A model generated the notes under the pieces. It searched no databases. It saw only the letters and a program-made list of their open reading frames with translations, and was not told the origin of the DNA. A DNA stretch of 64,000 bases, from positions 96,001 to 160,000 of the forward strand of contig JAOPTX010000032.1 of assembly GCA_051532055.1 (NCBI GenBank), written 5' to 3'. Each line of letters opens with the position of its first letter. Within the stretch, counting starts at the first letter, position 1. Shown here one piece after another: positions 1 through 9,146 of this stretch. This DNA is from Fibrobacterales bacterium (GTDB lineage Bacteria; Fibrobacterota; Fibrobacteria; Fibrobacterales; JAOPTW01). The position numbers and the translations under genes were made by a program.

Positions 1-783
1 CTCTTTAACCTCGTCGAAGAGGTAGATGGGAAATTTACCAAATCTCACTTCAGTACTGACGGTGATGGCAACCTCTACAAAGACACTTGGCCTACGGAAT
101 ACACTGATACGGCTAAAACAGCTGAAAACTTTATAAACAACCTCGAAACCAATACCTCAACACCTAATGTCAATCTTATAAAAGGATTTGCGGACGAGAT
201 TATTAGTGCAGGTACTCCCGCTGACGCTGCCTTTATTATTAGCAACTATATGGATGTCCCTACTATGATGAATTACATTGCTGTTGACCGCGCTATTCGC
301 AATGACCAAGGTATTTTTCACTGGGACTGCAACAGCTCACAAACGAACTGTGAACCTGAAAACTTTTTCTGGTACGAAGAACCAACAAACGAACTCCTCT
401 CTGTCATCCCGTGGGACCTCGATCGAGCTTTTGAAAACATCTCAGGCGAAAACAACGAGGACAGCTATATTAAAGACGTATGGAATGTTCAAAGTTCATG
501 CACCCCTTTTATACAAGGAGGCGACCGTCAAATCTCTGCCGTTTGTGATGATGTTATTGAAGGACTTGGAACATTTACAAGCGAATATGCTGCCGCTCAA
601 GCAAAGCTCAAACCTATCATGGGTGAAGCACTCCTCTTTTTGGAGCACATTAAGACTCAAATTTCTGATGCTACTGAAGCCGCATATACTGAGTATGGGA
701 ATGAAGCGCTGAGCCCCGCTGACTGGGAAAGTGCTGTTTCTGAGTTGAAGGGTGATGTTGAAGATGCGCAGAGTGGGTTGTAG
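1..783 (+). CDS. CotH-kinase family protein, 5'-partial (begins upstream of window)
   Basis: Frame open from base 1 (LFNLVEEVDGKF...GDGNLYK) into ORF 250..783. CotH-like motifs NYIAVD..I.ND, ENFFWY and VIPWDLDRAF. Confidence 0.8.
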   Translation, partial: LFNLVEEVDGKFTKSHFSTDGDGNLYKDTWPTEYTDTAKTAENFINNLETNTSTPNVNLIKGFADEIISAGTPADAAFIISNYMDVPTMMNYIAVDRAIRNDQGIFHWDCNSSQTNCEPENFFWYEEPTNELLSVIPWDLDRAFENISGENNEDSYIKDVWNVQSSCTPFIQGGDRQISAVCDDVIEGLGTFTSEYAAAQAKLKPIMGEALLFLEHIKTQISDATEAAYTEYGNEALSPADWESAVSELKGDVEDAQSGL

Positions 784-831
784 GTTAAGGTTATACACCA
801 GAGCAATAATATGACTATTATTGCTCCCCAT

Positions 832-847
832 TGTGACTCAGATCACA
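832..847. promoter_or_regulatory. CRP/FNR-family-like operator TGTGA-N6-TCACA
   Basis: tgtga ctcaga tcaca is a perfect match to the CRP consensus, about 100 bp upstream of the 945 start. Confidence 0.45.
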
Positions 848-944
848 CTCTACCTGCCCCCAATGTAAATTAGTACTTACACTCTAAACTGTTCCATTGA
901 ATATTCTATGATTATTCTTTTACATCTTATGTTTGGAGTCCGTT

Positions 945-3900
945 GTGTCTTTCGGAAAAGCTAAAAACCCTCTTGACCATTCAATTTTTAATAAGTTTGA
1001 CGATGCTGCCTTCAGTCGCCCAAAATCTGGCGGCGGCGGCGGTGGTGGCCTTGGCCCTAACACAAATGCAGGAGGGGGTTCGTCTCGTGCGCCTCAATGC
1101 AATAGTGGATCAGGGGATACTGAAGAAGAAAATACCACATCGGAACAAGCGCCTATTCAAGAAGAGGAAGAAGAGGCTCAGGGCCAACTAGTAGATCTGA
1201 GTAATTTAGATTTTATTGATCCTGAAAATGCCACAATAGATGGAAATATAGAGGTTTCGGTAGAAGTTGAATATCTTACAGAGCGCACTCCACTAGAAAT
1301 AACCTTTACCCCAGAAGCTACCTTTGAAGGTTCTTCAGAAGCCGGGGTTCCGGTGACGAGCACTGTCAGTGATCGAGTGGCACAGGCAACAGTTAAGCTT
1401 GCTTTGCATCATGGGTATTATGAGAAAAAAGAGAAGTCTGCCGATGATACAGTTGAATATAGCGTAAAAGCAATCTGCTCTGCTGATGATACTGAGGTGG
1501 TTGCCGTGAGTACTATTAAACTTCCAGGAAAACCACTCTCTATCGATTGTATCGAGGTTATTGACCAAGTATTTAATCTTAATAGTGCTATTCCAGTTGT
1601 TGACGACAAAGGTACACTGGTGAGCATACTGAGCACCTGCTTTAAACATCTAGATGAGTGGCCCGATAAAGAACTGATGATTCTGGGCCATACCGATACC
1701 AGTGGTGAACCACAACCCAATTTTGATCTTTCTGAAAAGCGCGCACAGAGTATAAAAGCGTTATTGAGTAACGATGCTGAACTCTGGAAAGGGATGGCAA
1801 AAGCGCAAAGTGACGTTGTAGATTATCAACAAATAGTAAAAGGCTTAGATATACTCAAAGGATGGGGATGTGACCCAGGCACGGTAGATGGTGTAGATGG
1901 ATCGGCGACTCAAAAAGGATTGAAAGCTTTTCAGAGTGCCTATAATGAAAACTTTGATGGTTCTCTTGCGGTTGATGGAAACATTGGGCCCAATAGCTGG
2001 GCTGCACTGCTAGACGTCATCTATCAGACAGCCCTAGAGCAGTCTGAAATAAAACCGTCACGTATTAAGCCTCGTTTTCATGCCGAGTATGGAGTGTATC
2101 CTTGTGGTGAATCATTCCCCGTTGATCAGACCGGAATGGATGGCTTGCAATCGGCTTCTAATAGACGTGTGGAGATACACATGAGCGACCGGCCTAACCC
2201 TCCAAAGCTCCCTGAACCTATTCCAGAAATGGCCGTAGCAGATATTGTTCTTTACGATAGTGCTGTTACCGCAATGAATATTATTGCCATCATTAGGACC
2301 ACTGCGGGCTCAAATTGGCTTGATATTACCCTACATGATGATCTTGATAGTCCACTTGCGGGTTATACGGTGATCATTGAACTTCCAGATGGGACTCAAT
2401 TGGAAGAAGTACTCGATAATAAGGGTTCGGCCTCTGTTGAAATCACTGAACATAGAACGGTATCAGTCACAGTCAAAAGTGATGATGATTTTGAATATGA
2501 TGTAGTAATTGAAGATGATTCTGATCCGGAGAGTGAGCAAGCTGAGAAAAAAGAGCCAGAGTCTCTTATTAAAGTTGAGCGTACGGGCGATAAAGGAGAG
2601 AATTCGGTCTTAAGAAAAATAGTGACTCCACCATCACTGGTACTTTATAATCCCATTACAAAATCCTATACCGTTATAGACCCCAAAGAGACAGAGCTTT
2701 GGGAAAAATTTAGCGCCGAAGTGACAAATGTTGAAGAGATTCACGGAAAGATGCGTGAGTTTAGAGAGATGATTGCCAAAAATGAGGGTGATGCTGACGC
2801 CCTGGCAAAGGAGTCTCTTGATTTTACTACGGATCTTGTGAAAGAGCTCTACCCTGAAGGGGGAGAAAAGCTCGAAGAGATGATTGTACTCATAGATCAT
2901 CCAAGCTACGAGAACCTTATGAAGAACTCCACCTTTATTTATGCGCGAGATACTGTACTGAAAAAAGCTGGGCTTGAGTGGATCAAAGAAGAGAATGCCC
3001 TTGAAGACACCAAGGTGGGTAAGAAGCTTAAAAAGGCACTTCAGTTTAAAGGTACGTCTAAAAAGAAAAAACATTCCGGTGCGAAGTATGGACTGAGTAA
3101 AAATATTGAGTCGATGTATGCGAAAGATTATGAGCCGGACTTTGAGGCCCAGTGGCCTATTAAATGGAAGTGGGATACTGAGGTTGAGAGCTCGAGTGAC
3201 GCTCATGAATTTAAGATGACTAATGAGATGACCGTGTGTCGTTTTTTTGCCAAAGCACCGGCAGCACCGGAAATTGATTGGGAAAATATGAGCGTCAATC
3301 TAGAGTCACAAGGTGAAGTAGGCTATACCTTAGCGTCTGACACTCTAAAGGGTGAACTCTATGTTCCATCAAAAACTGGGTTTAATCTTTTTGCACCGAT
3401 TGAGTCTGTGGCAGAGCATGCTCCAGTATTTACTTTAAGCAAAAAGGCTAAAACTTCTCTTGATAAAAATAAAACAACAGGCAAAATATTAAATGGTGAA
3501 CTCTGTGTTCGTATTGCGACATCTTTTGAAGGCTCTGTTGAAGCGGGTGTAAAAGCTTGTTTCTCTTCTAAGGGAAGTATTGGGCTCAGTCAAGAGAATA
3601 AAGACATTATTAATCGACAGAAAAAGGTACTCACCGACCTAGTAAAATTACCTCATATGTGGGATGAAGAACCTGACGCTTTAGAGAAAGCCAAGAAAAA
3701 AGAACCCAAAGGGGGCAAGACTCGACACCTAGAAATGGGAGAACCTGTTGAGATAGAAGTTGAGGCATTTGCAGGTATTAAAGCCGGTGGCGAAATTAAA
3801 ACAGGTGTGGAGTGGTCAAAGGGTAAGTCTGAGACATTTGTAAATATCGCTTCATATTATGCAATTGCAGAGGGATACTTAGGTGTTGCTGTAGCATTGC

Positions 3901-4682
3901 GTTTAAAGATATTTTTTCGTAAAGGCAGAGTTTGTTTTCACTTTAAAGCGGGAGCGGCCTTTAAAATTGGTGGCTCAGTTGGGTGTGGATATGATGTCGA
4001 TCTTTGGCAGGGGTATGAGATTGTCAAGCATATTACAACCTGTATTGATTTTAGATACCTTGCGGAGATATGCCCAGTACTTCATCAGATCTATGTGCGT
4101 ATTTCAACAAAGATGGCTGTGCTTCGAGAAGATTATCAGGAATTTAAAGATAAGTTGATTGATGGTGGTACTGATCTTGTTGCTGATTTAGGAAAACTCT
4201 ATGCAAAAGTGTATGATCAAGGAATGAGGGAGGTTGATGAATTTGCGGATAAGCTTGATGATTATCTAGATGATACTGTTGAGTGGATTAATACAAGTTT
4301 CAAAGAAGTTTCAACTGAATTTATTAATGCGATTGATGATTATACTGATATGTTGCCTGAGTTTCCACCAGAGGTTACAGGTAACTTAATGCGTGTTGTG
4401 GATAGTTTTGTTAAAAATGAGGACAAAGAAACTAAGGGTGATGCATTTGCGACATTAATTGAAAGTGCCGCTGATGAAGGAGTCAGCTGGGTTATTAGAC
4501 AGTTTTCTGATGAGAAAGTACCTTTGAATAAGAATGATTCTAAGCGAGAGCTAGCTAAGAGCAAAGCAAAAGAATCAGGAGAAAGTAAACTTGCTGATAT
4601 AATAGACGAAAGACAGCTTAAAAAAATAGCAAAAGAGATTTTGCCTAAAAAAGGTTATACATGGCTTACAGAACTACTTTAA
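945..4682 (+). CDS. Large putative secreted effector: OmpA-like domain with inserted PG-binding domain, transthyretin-like domain, unknown C-terminal region
   Basis: OmpA-C motifs ILGHTDTSG..NFDLSEKRA and SNRRVEI. PG_binding_1-like CDPGTVDGVDGSATQKGLKAFQ..LAVDGNIGPNSW. WLDITLHDDLDSPLAGYTVIIELPDG..LDNKG resembles TTR-like modules. GTG at 945 with GGAG RBS preferred over TTG at 933. Confidence 0.7.
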   Translation: MSFGKAKNPLDHSIFNKFDDAAFSRPKSGGGGGGGLGPNTNAGGGSSRAPQCNSGSGDTEEENTTSEQAPIQEEEEEAQGQLVDLSNLDFIDPENATIDGNIEVSVEVEYLTERTPLEITFTPEATFEGSSEAGVPVTSTVSDRVAQATVKLALHHGYYEKKEKSADDTVEYSVKAICSADDTEVVAVSTIKLPGKPLSIDCIEVIDQVFNLNSAIPVVDDKGTLVSILSTCFKHLDEWPDKELMILGHTDTSGEPQPNFDLSEKRAQSIKALLSNDAELWKGMAKAQSDVVDYQQIVKGLDILKGWGCDPGTVDGVDGSATQKGLKAFQSAYNENFDGSLAVDGNIGPNSWAALLDVIYQTALEQSEIKPSRIKPRFHAEYGVYPCGESFPVDQTGMDGLQSASNRRVEIHMSDRPNPPKLPEPIPEMAVADIVLYDSAVTAMNIIAIIRTTAGSNWLDITLHDDLDSPLAGYTVIIELPDGTQLEEVLDNKGSASVEITEHRTVSVTVKSDDDFEYDVVIEDDSDPESEQAEKKEPESLIKVERTGDKGENSVLRKIVTPPSLVLYNPITKSYTVIDPKETELWEKFSAEVTNVEEIHGKMREFREMIAKNEGDADALAKESLDFTTDLVKELYPEGGEKLEEMIVLIDHPSYENLMKNSTFIYARDTVLKKAGLEWIKEENALEDTKVGKKLKKALQFKGTSKKKKHSGAKYGLSKNIESMYAKDYEPDFEAQWPIKWKWDTEVESSSDAHEFKMTNEMTVCRFFAKAPAAPEIDWENMSVNLESQGEVGYTLASDTLKGELYVPSKTGFNLFAPIESVAEHAPVFTLSKKAKTSLDKNKTTGKILNGELCVRIATSFEGSVEAGVKACFSSKGSIGLSQENKDIINRQKKVLTDLVKLPHMWDEEPDALEKAKKKEPKGGKTRHLEMGEPVEIEVEAFAGIKAGGEIKTGVEWSKGKSETFVNIASYYAIAEGYLGVAVALRLKIFFRKGRVCFHFKAGAAFKIGGSVGCGYDVDLWQGYEIVKHITTCIDFRYLAEICPVLHQIYVRISTKMAVLREDYQEFKDKLIDGGTDLVADLGKLYAKVYDQGMREVDEFADKLDDYLDDTVEWINTSFKEVSTEFINAIDDYTDMLPEFPPEVTGNLMRVVDSFVKNEDKETKGDAFATLIESAADEGVSWVIRQFSDEKVPLNKNDSKRELAKSKAKESGESKLADIIDERQLKKIAKEILPKKGYTWLTELL

Positions 4683-5422
4683 TATTTTTTTTTCTCACAG
4701 TTCTAGTGTACTCAAAAGGCATCACTAAGGACTGTAAAACAGTTAACAACAAAGAAATATGTAAAGTTTATAAAAATAAGATTTTGCGAAAAGTTACTGA
4801 GTATACTATATCAGAGAATACCGGTATTGAAACTACTTATCACGAAAATGGAAAGTTAAAATCAAAATTTAAGATGGTAAAAGGGCAATTTATTGACACA
4901 ATGTTTGTCTATCATGAAAACGGAAACCTGGAATCATCTTCTCCATTTATAAATGGAGAAGAAAATGGATTTGTAAAATATTGGTATTCAAATGGACAAC
5001 TGAAAATCATTAACAATTATGACGATGGAAAAAAAGATGGGGAATATAAGAAATTCTTTGAGAATGGAGTTTTAAAAGAGAAAGGCCAATTTGTAAAGAA
5101 AAGACGTAATGGAATCTTCACAGAGTTTTGGCCCAATAAACATAAGAAGATGATAACAGAATATAAAATGAATCAACCGCTTGTTGAAGAACGTTTTTTT
5201 AGAATATCTGGGAGAAATCAAAAGACAACTTTTATTAAGAAAAGAAAAATCGATACATTTACCAGTTATACCAAACCTGGCAAAGTCTATTTTTCAGTGA
5301 CAGACCTAAAAAAGGGCTATATCAAGTTTCTTGATCCAGTAACGGAAGAGTGTGTGGCTCATAAAATTAAGCGCTATCGTCGTATTGAAGAAGACCTGAA
5401 ATGCAGTGATGTGACAGGCTAA
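4661..5422 (+). CDS. MORN-variant repeat (YwqK-like) protein, probable immunity protein
   Basis: Repeats YHENGKLK, YHENGNLE, WYSNGQLK, FFENGVLK. N-terminal signal-like peptide. Overlaps the upstream gene by 22 bp. Confidence 0.8.
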   Translation: MAYRTTLIFFFLTVLVYSKGITKDCKTVNNKEICKVYKNKILRKVTEYTISENTGIETTYHENGKLKSKFKMVKGQFIDTMFVYHENGNLESSSPFINGEENGFVKYWYSNGQLKIINNYDDGKKDGEYKKFFENGVLKEKGQFVKKRRNGIFTEFWPNKHKKMITEYKMNQPLVEERFFRISGRNQKTTFIKKRKIDTFTSYTKPGKVYFSVTDLKKGYIKFLDPVTEECVAHKIKRYRRIEEDLKCSDVTG

Positions 5423-5444
5423 TACTGGGAGAAAAAGCGAGAGT

Positions 5445-6746
5445 TTAAATTAAAATGTTCTTTGAAATTGCAGATTTTAAATTTTTGTTAACTTCTGCAA
5501 TTGAGGCAAAGTGCTCCCAGTCTGATACCACTTCTTTAATATCACTAATAATCTTGTCAGCTTTTTTAATGTTATTTGCTTCAGCAATTGTCATCAAATC
5601 TTCCTTTATGATACTGTGATACTTGCCGTTAATACTTAAAGTGTGTTGACTCACCCAAATATTAGTGGGATCATAAGAATAACAGATATCATATGCAGGG
5701 GATAATTTCCACATCTCTCCCTGCTTAAGCATAAAAGCAAAATTTTTAGTGTGATCATCATAGTTGGTTGCATACGCATTAAATACCATTCTTCGAAACA
5801 TCTCTTTAGCCTCTGGATATGACAATTTGAGAAGCCGCATTGTTTGAAATAGCTGCTCATAACTATGACCCTGCAGATTCTTATAGTCAAAATGTTGGAT
5901 ACCACAAAAAGTTTGAATATGATGCTTGGTGTTATTCCCTCCTCTATCAAAACGTTTTGTCATAAAGTGAGCTCGGCCATTTTCCTCTATGAGCTTAGAT
6001 TCCATCATATTTATGCCGCACTCTTTTGCCATCAAATAATATGCATACTCTACTCGCCCAAAACCGTGACTCACTCCAAACTGGGCATCACTTACACCAT
6101 CTAATTTAATGAGCCAGTGTTCATACCCTTTAGGTGCATTTGCTTGACCTGAACGGATATCACCTGTTTTAGAATTATAGGTGATAACAGCCTTAGGTCT
6201 TGCTCCACCTGCAGAAGTCCCAATCTTAAGAATATCACTCATAGCTTTTTTTTCATCTTCATGAAGATTGGTATTAAAACCTTCTCTGTGCGAAAGTAGC
6301 TTACTTGCTGATTCTACTAGACTTTGTAGCTCAATTGAAAATGAATTCGTATTTGCGCTTGTAATAACAGGTTCAAACTCTAAAGCCCCCATGCCTCTTT
6401 TACCTATAAAGCATAATTGCTCAACAGGATTCATACTTCCCATAGGTCGGTCATTTTGCGCGAGCCATAAGTCAATTAATTGATTACCATATCTATCGGG
6501 GAGTGCATCAGCCAAAAGGCCAGGTAAGCCCTTGAAAGTAGACATGTCTTCATTTTTCTGCTTTCGCAATGCGGGGAACTGAAATATCCTTTGATCTGGA
6601 TCTAAGGGCATTTTCATTGGTGACAATTCATATCCTTTTGAAATAAATTTTTTATCATATTCAAAAATTGCTACTTGTCTTTCTTTATCCCACCTAACTG
6701 CTCCAACATCTTCACCCCAAATTTTTACTAATGCTACATCTACCAT
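5445..6746 (-). CDS. hipA: HipA-family Ser/Thr kinase toxin (type II TA)
   Basis: HipA N-terminal LPGLLADALPDRYG, P-loop GTSAGGARPK, catalytic DDHTKNF and LSPAYDI. Confidence 0.92.
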   Translation of the reverse strand: MVDVALVKIWGEDVGAVRWDKERQVAIFEYDKKFISKGYELSPMKMPLDPDQRIFQFPALRKQKNEDMSTFKGLPGLLADALPDRYGNQLIDLWLAQNDRPMGSMNPVEQLCFIGKRGMGALEFEPVITSANTNSFSIELQSLVESASKLLSHREGFNTNLHEDEKKAMSDILKIGTSAGGARPKAVITYNSKTGDIRSGQANAPKGYEHWLIKLDGVSDAQFGVSHGFGRVEYAYYLMAKECGINMMESKLIEENGRAHFMTKRFDRGGNNTKHHIQTFCGIQHFDYKNLQGHSYEQLFQTMRLLKLSYPEAKEMFRRMVFNAYATNYDDHTKNFAFMLKQGEMWKLSPAYDICYSYDPTNIWVSQHTLSINGKYHSIIKEDLMTIAEANNIKKADKIISDIKEVVSDWEHFASIAEVNKNLKSAISKNILI

Positions 6747-7093
6747 TCACTTTCCTCTTCTCCCTTTGATTTTTTCTTTCTGGCTCTCGATCGCAATTTA
6801 TTCTTTGATTTTAATTTCGCATATTCAATAGGGCTTATTTCATTCGACACTTGAAACGCATCAAGTACATGTAACAAATCAAGTACACGCAATACTTGAA
6901 TTAAACTATTCAATGAAGAGTTATCCCCTCGCTCTAATAGGCTTAATGTAGAACGACTTATTCCAGCCGCTTCCGCTACATCGCTTTGAGATTTATTTTG
7001 ATTTAATCGATGATGCTGGACAAATCCCCCTATAACCCCCCTTAATCCACCATCACTCATCGAATGCCAGTTATTGTCGTATAAATCACTCAT
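6740..7093 (-). CDS. hipB: XRE-family HTH antitoxin (HipB-like)
   Basis: HTH SQSDVAEAAGISRSTLSLLERG. Overlaps the hipA start. ATG at 7093 chosen. Confidence 0.82.
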   Translation of the reverse strand: MSDLYDNNWHSMSDGGLRGVIGGFVQHHRLNQNKSQSDVAEAAGISRSTLSLLERGDNSSLNSLIQVLRVLDLLHVLDAFQVSNEISPIEYAKLKSKNKLRSRARKKKSKGEEESEW

Positions 7094-7318
7094 AATAAAC
7101 CTTATCAAGTATTAATGCATTAAATATCATGCGCTACACCTTTAATATACATGAATCAACTGAAATATGTATATTAAATCACACATTAAGTACAATTTAC
7201 AACCATAGTGCGCACTATATCATACACAATATAACATTTTCGCTCACAATATTATATCATAAAAACGATCTAATTCCTAATTAACTATGTCAACGGTTTG
7301 AAGTCAGAAACACCCTAC

Positions 7319-9142
7319 TTACTCAACATTCAAATACACCGTTGTCGTATCACGACCACTCCGCACATCAGTCACCAATACCTTTAAGCTATCTAAACCT
7401 TGATAGCCTCCTTGAGGGGTATAAGTCACTACACCATCCGCAGTTATCGATACCAATCCTTCTTTGGGTTCTGATAAAACACTCCAAGTCAACCCATCAG
7501 GATCATCTACATCAGTAGCAACAGCCGACCATATAGGACTCGCTCCTGCCCCATGAGATAGAGCGAGTACTTGCTCTGGCTTATTCGTAATAATAGGATT
7601 ATCATTCACTTCATTAATAACCACTGGAATTCGCAAAGTGTCAAAATAGACATCATCCGTTACAATTACATTTAACGTATCAGCCCCATATTGATTATTC
7701 AGGCCACCATAGGTTACACTTTTAATTGTTCCCGATCCACTTATGCCAGAGGCCTCACCTATCATAGCGCCAAAGTATGACCACTTGAGCTGGTTTCCAT
7801 CAATATCACCAGCAGAAAGGACAAGCTCTTTAGATGTATCTTCATCTATTTTTAATACAAAACCTGCCGGGAGTGCATTAAAAATAGGTGCGTTGTCATT
7901 TTGATTTACAACTCGAATCACGATGTCCTTATAGGTCGTATCTAGAGCGTCATAAACTCCAATCGAAAAAGGTACCGTTTTAACCTCTTCAAAGTCAAAA
8001 GGCATTAATGAACTTATTGTCCCCATTGAATCAATAGCAAACAATTGAGAGTCTAGAATGAATTTCACTGCGTCGCCATCTATCTCATCAACAGAAATTG
8101 TTGCTATTTCTCCTTGTATATTCTCATTAACGACGAGTGTATCAACGGTGACAACAGGGGGCGTATTTACACGTACCGTTACCGTTGCAACACCACTCAG
8201 ATTACGACTGTCTACTGCTCTAAAAGAGATGGGAAGTATGCCAGACTCCCAAAACACTTTTTTGTACACGAGGTTATTTTCATTCGAAATCTCATATATC
8301 GAGTCATTATCAAAATCCCATTCATACCGGATAATGGATTCATCATCAGTAACCACTGTGGACAAAAGAAGGGTATCACCAACTCGAACTGTGGTATCTT
8401 TTTGATTGAACACAATGCTAGGTGCTTTGTTATGAAGAAGATGTTGTACTAAGGAATCTTGGCCAACAGTTGTGGGAAATATCGTTGTAAAAGCTTCTTC
8501 ACTGAGCTGCCCCCGACTTGATAGAGTATCTCCAATAACCCGAATGAGATCTGTGGTATCCAACCCATTCAATTGGAAGTGCAAATGATGGTTTTTATAT
8601 TGAGAGTAGAGTCCTGACCCATTTAATCCATCTGCATCAACAATAGAGCGCGTAAACAAAGAATCTAACACTGCTTTTCTATCTGCAAGCTCCATCAAAG
8701 GCCTGCCCTGAACAATTTTTGCATATTCAGTTAAACAGTCAGCACTTAACGTATCCACCACGCCATCAATAGCAACTACTTCTGCATCGAGTAGAAACGT
8801 ACTACTTCGTTTCAGCAGTGGTAATCCTTGACTATAGGCAACATACATTAAGTCAACATCATCAGATTTACCACTGCTTTCGGCTGCAACTCTAATCGTA
8901 ATGTTATCTTGGACAGAATCTACAACGGTTGTCGTAAATTCGTGGGTAAGGTAGGTACGCCGTGAAGACTCATCATCAACAGCCAAATCGACTACTACTG
9001 AATCTATCACCAACGCCTTATTTTTAGTAATAGAAACAACAATCTCTCGTCGGCTCTCGCCATATTCAAGGACATTACAACTGCTGAGAAGCTGCAGAGC
9101 AAAGACCGACCATAGTAACAATTTCGTATTCATATTTCTCAT
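7319..9142 (-). CDS. Lipoprotein with unnamed N-terminal module plus PKD, cadherin and Ig-like repeats
   Basis: Lipobox LLSSC, PKD YEWDFDND, cadherin FDFEE..VVNQNDNAP, Big_9-like VTYTPQGGYQGLDS. Start at 9142 or 9133, not 9220. Confidence 0.75.
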   Translation of the reverse strand: MRNMNTKLLLWSVFALQLLSSCNVLEYGESRREIVVSITKNKALVIDSVVVDLAVDDESSRRTYLTHEFTTTVVDSVQDNITIRVAAESSGKSDDVDLMYVAYSQGLPLLKRSSTFLLDAEVVAIDGVVDTLSADCLTEYAKIVQGRPLMELADRKAVLDSLFTRSIVDADGLNGSGLYSQYKNHHLHFQLNGLDTTDLIRVIGDTLSSRGQLSEEAFTTIFPTTVGQDSLVQHLLHNKAPSIVFNQKDTTVRVGDTLLLSTVVTDDESIIRYEWDFDNDSIYEISNENNLVYKKVFWESGILPISFRAVDSRNLSGVATVTVRVNTPPVVTVDTLVVNENIQGEIATISVDEIDGDAVKFILDSQLFAIDSMGTISSLMPFDFEEVKTVPFSIGVYDALDTTYKDIVIRVVNQNDNAPIFNALPAGFVLKIDEDTSKELVLSAGDIDGNQLKWSYFGAMIGEASGISGSGTIKSVTYGGLNNQYGADTLNVIVTDDVYFDTLRIPVVINEVNDNPIITNKPEQVLALSHGAGASPIWSAVATDVDDPDGLTWSVLSEPKEGLVSITADGVVTYTPQGGYQGLDSLKVLVTDVRSGRDTTTVYLNVE

Positions 9143-9146
9143 AGTA

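Noticed and set aside
1029..1049. (GGC/GGT)n repeat as contingency locus
   Set aside because: Encodes a poly-Gly linker; triplet slippage keeps the frame.
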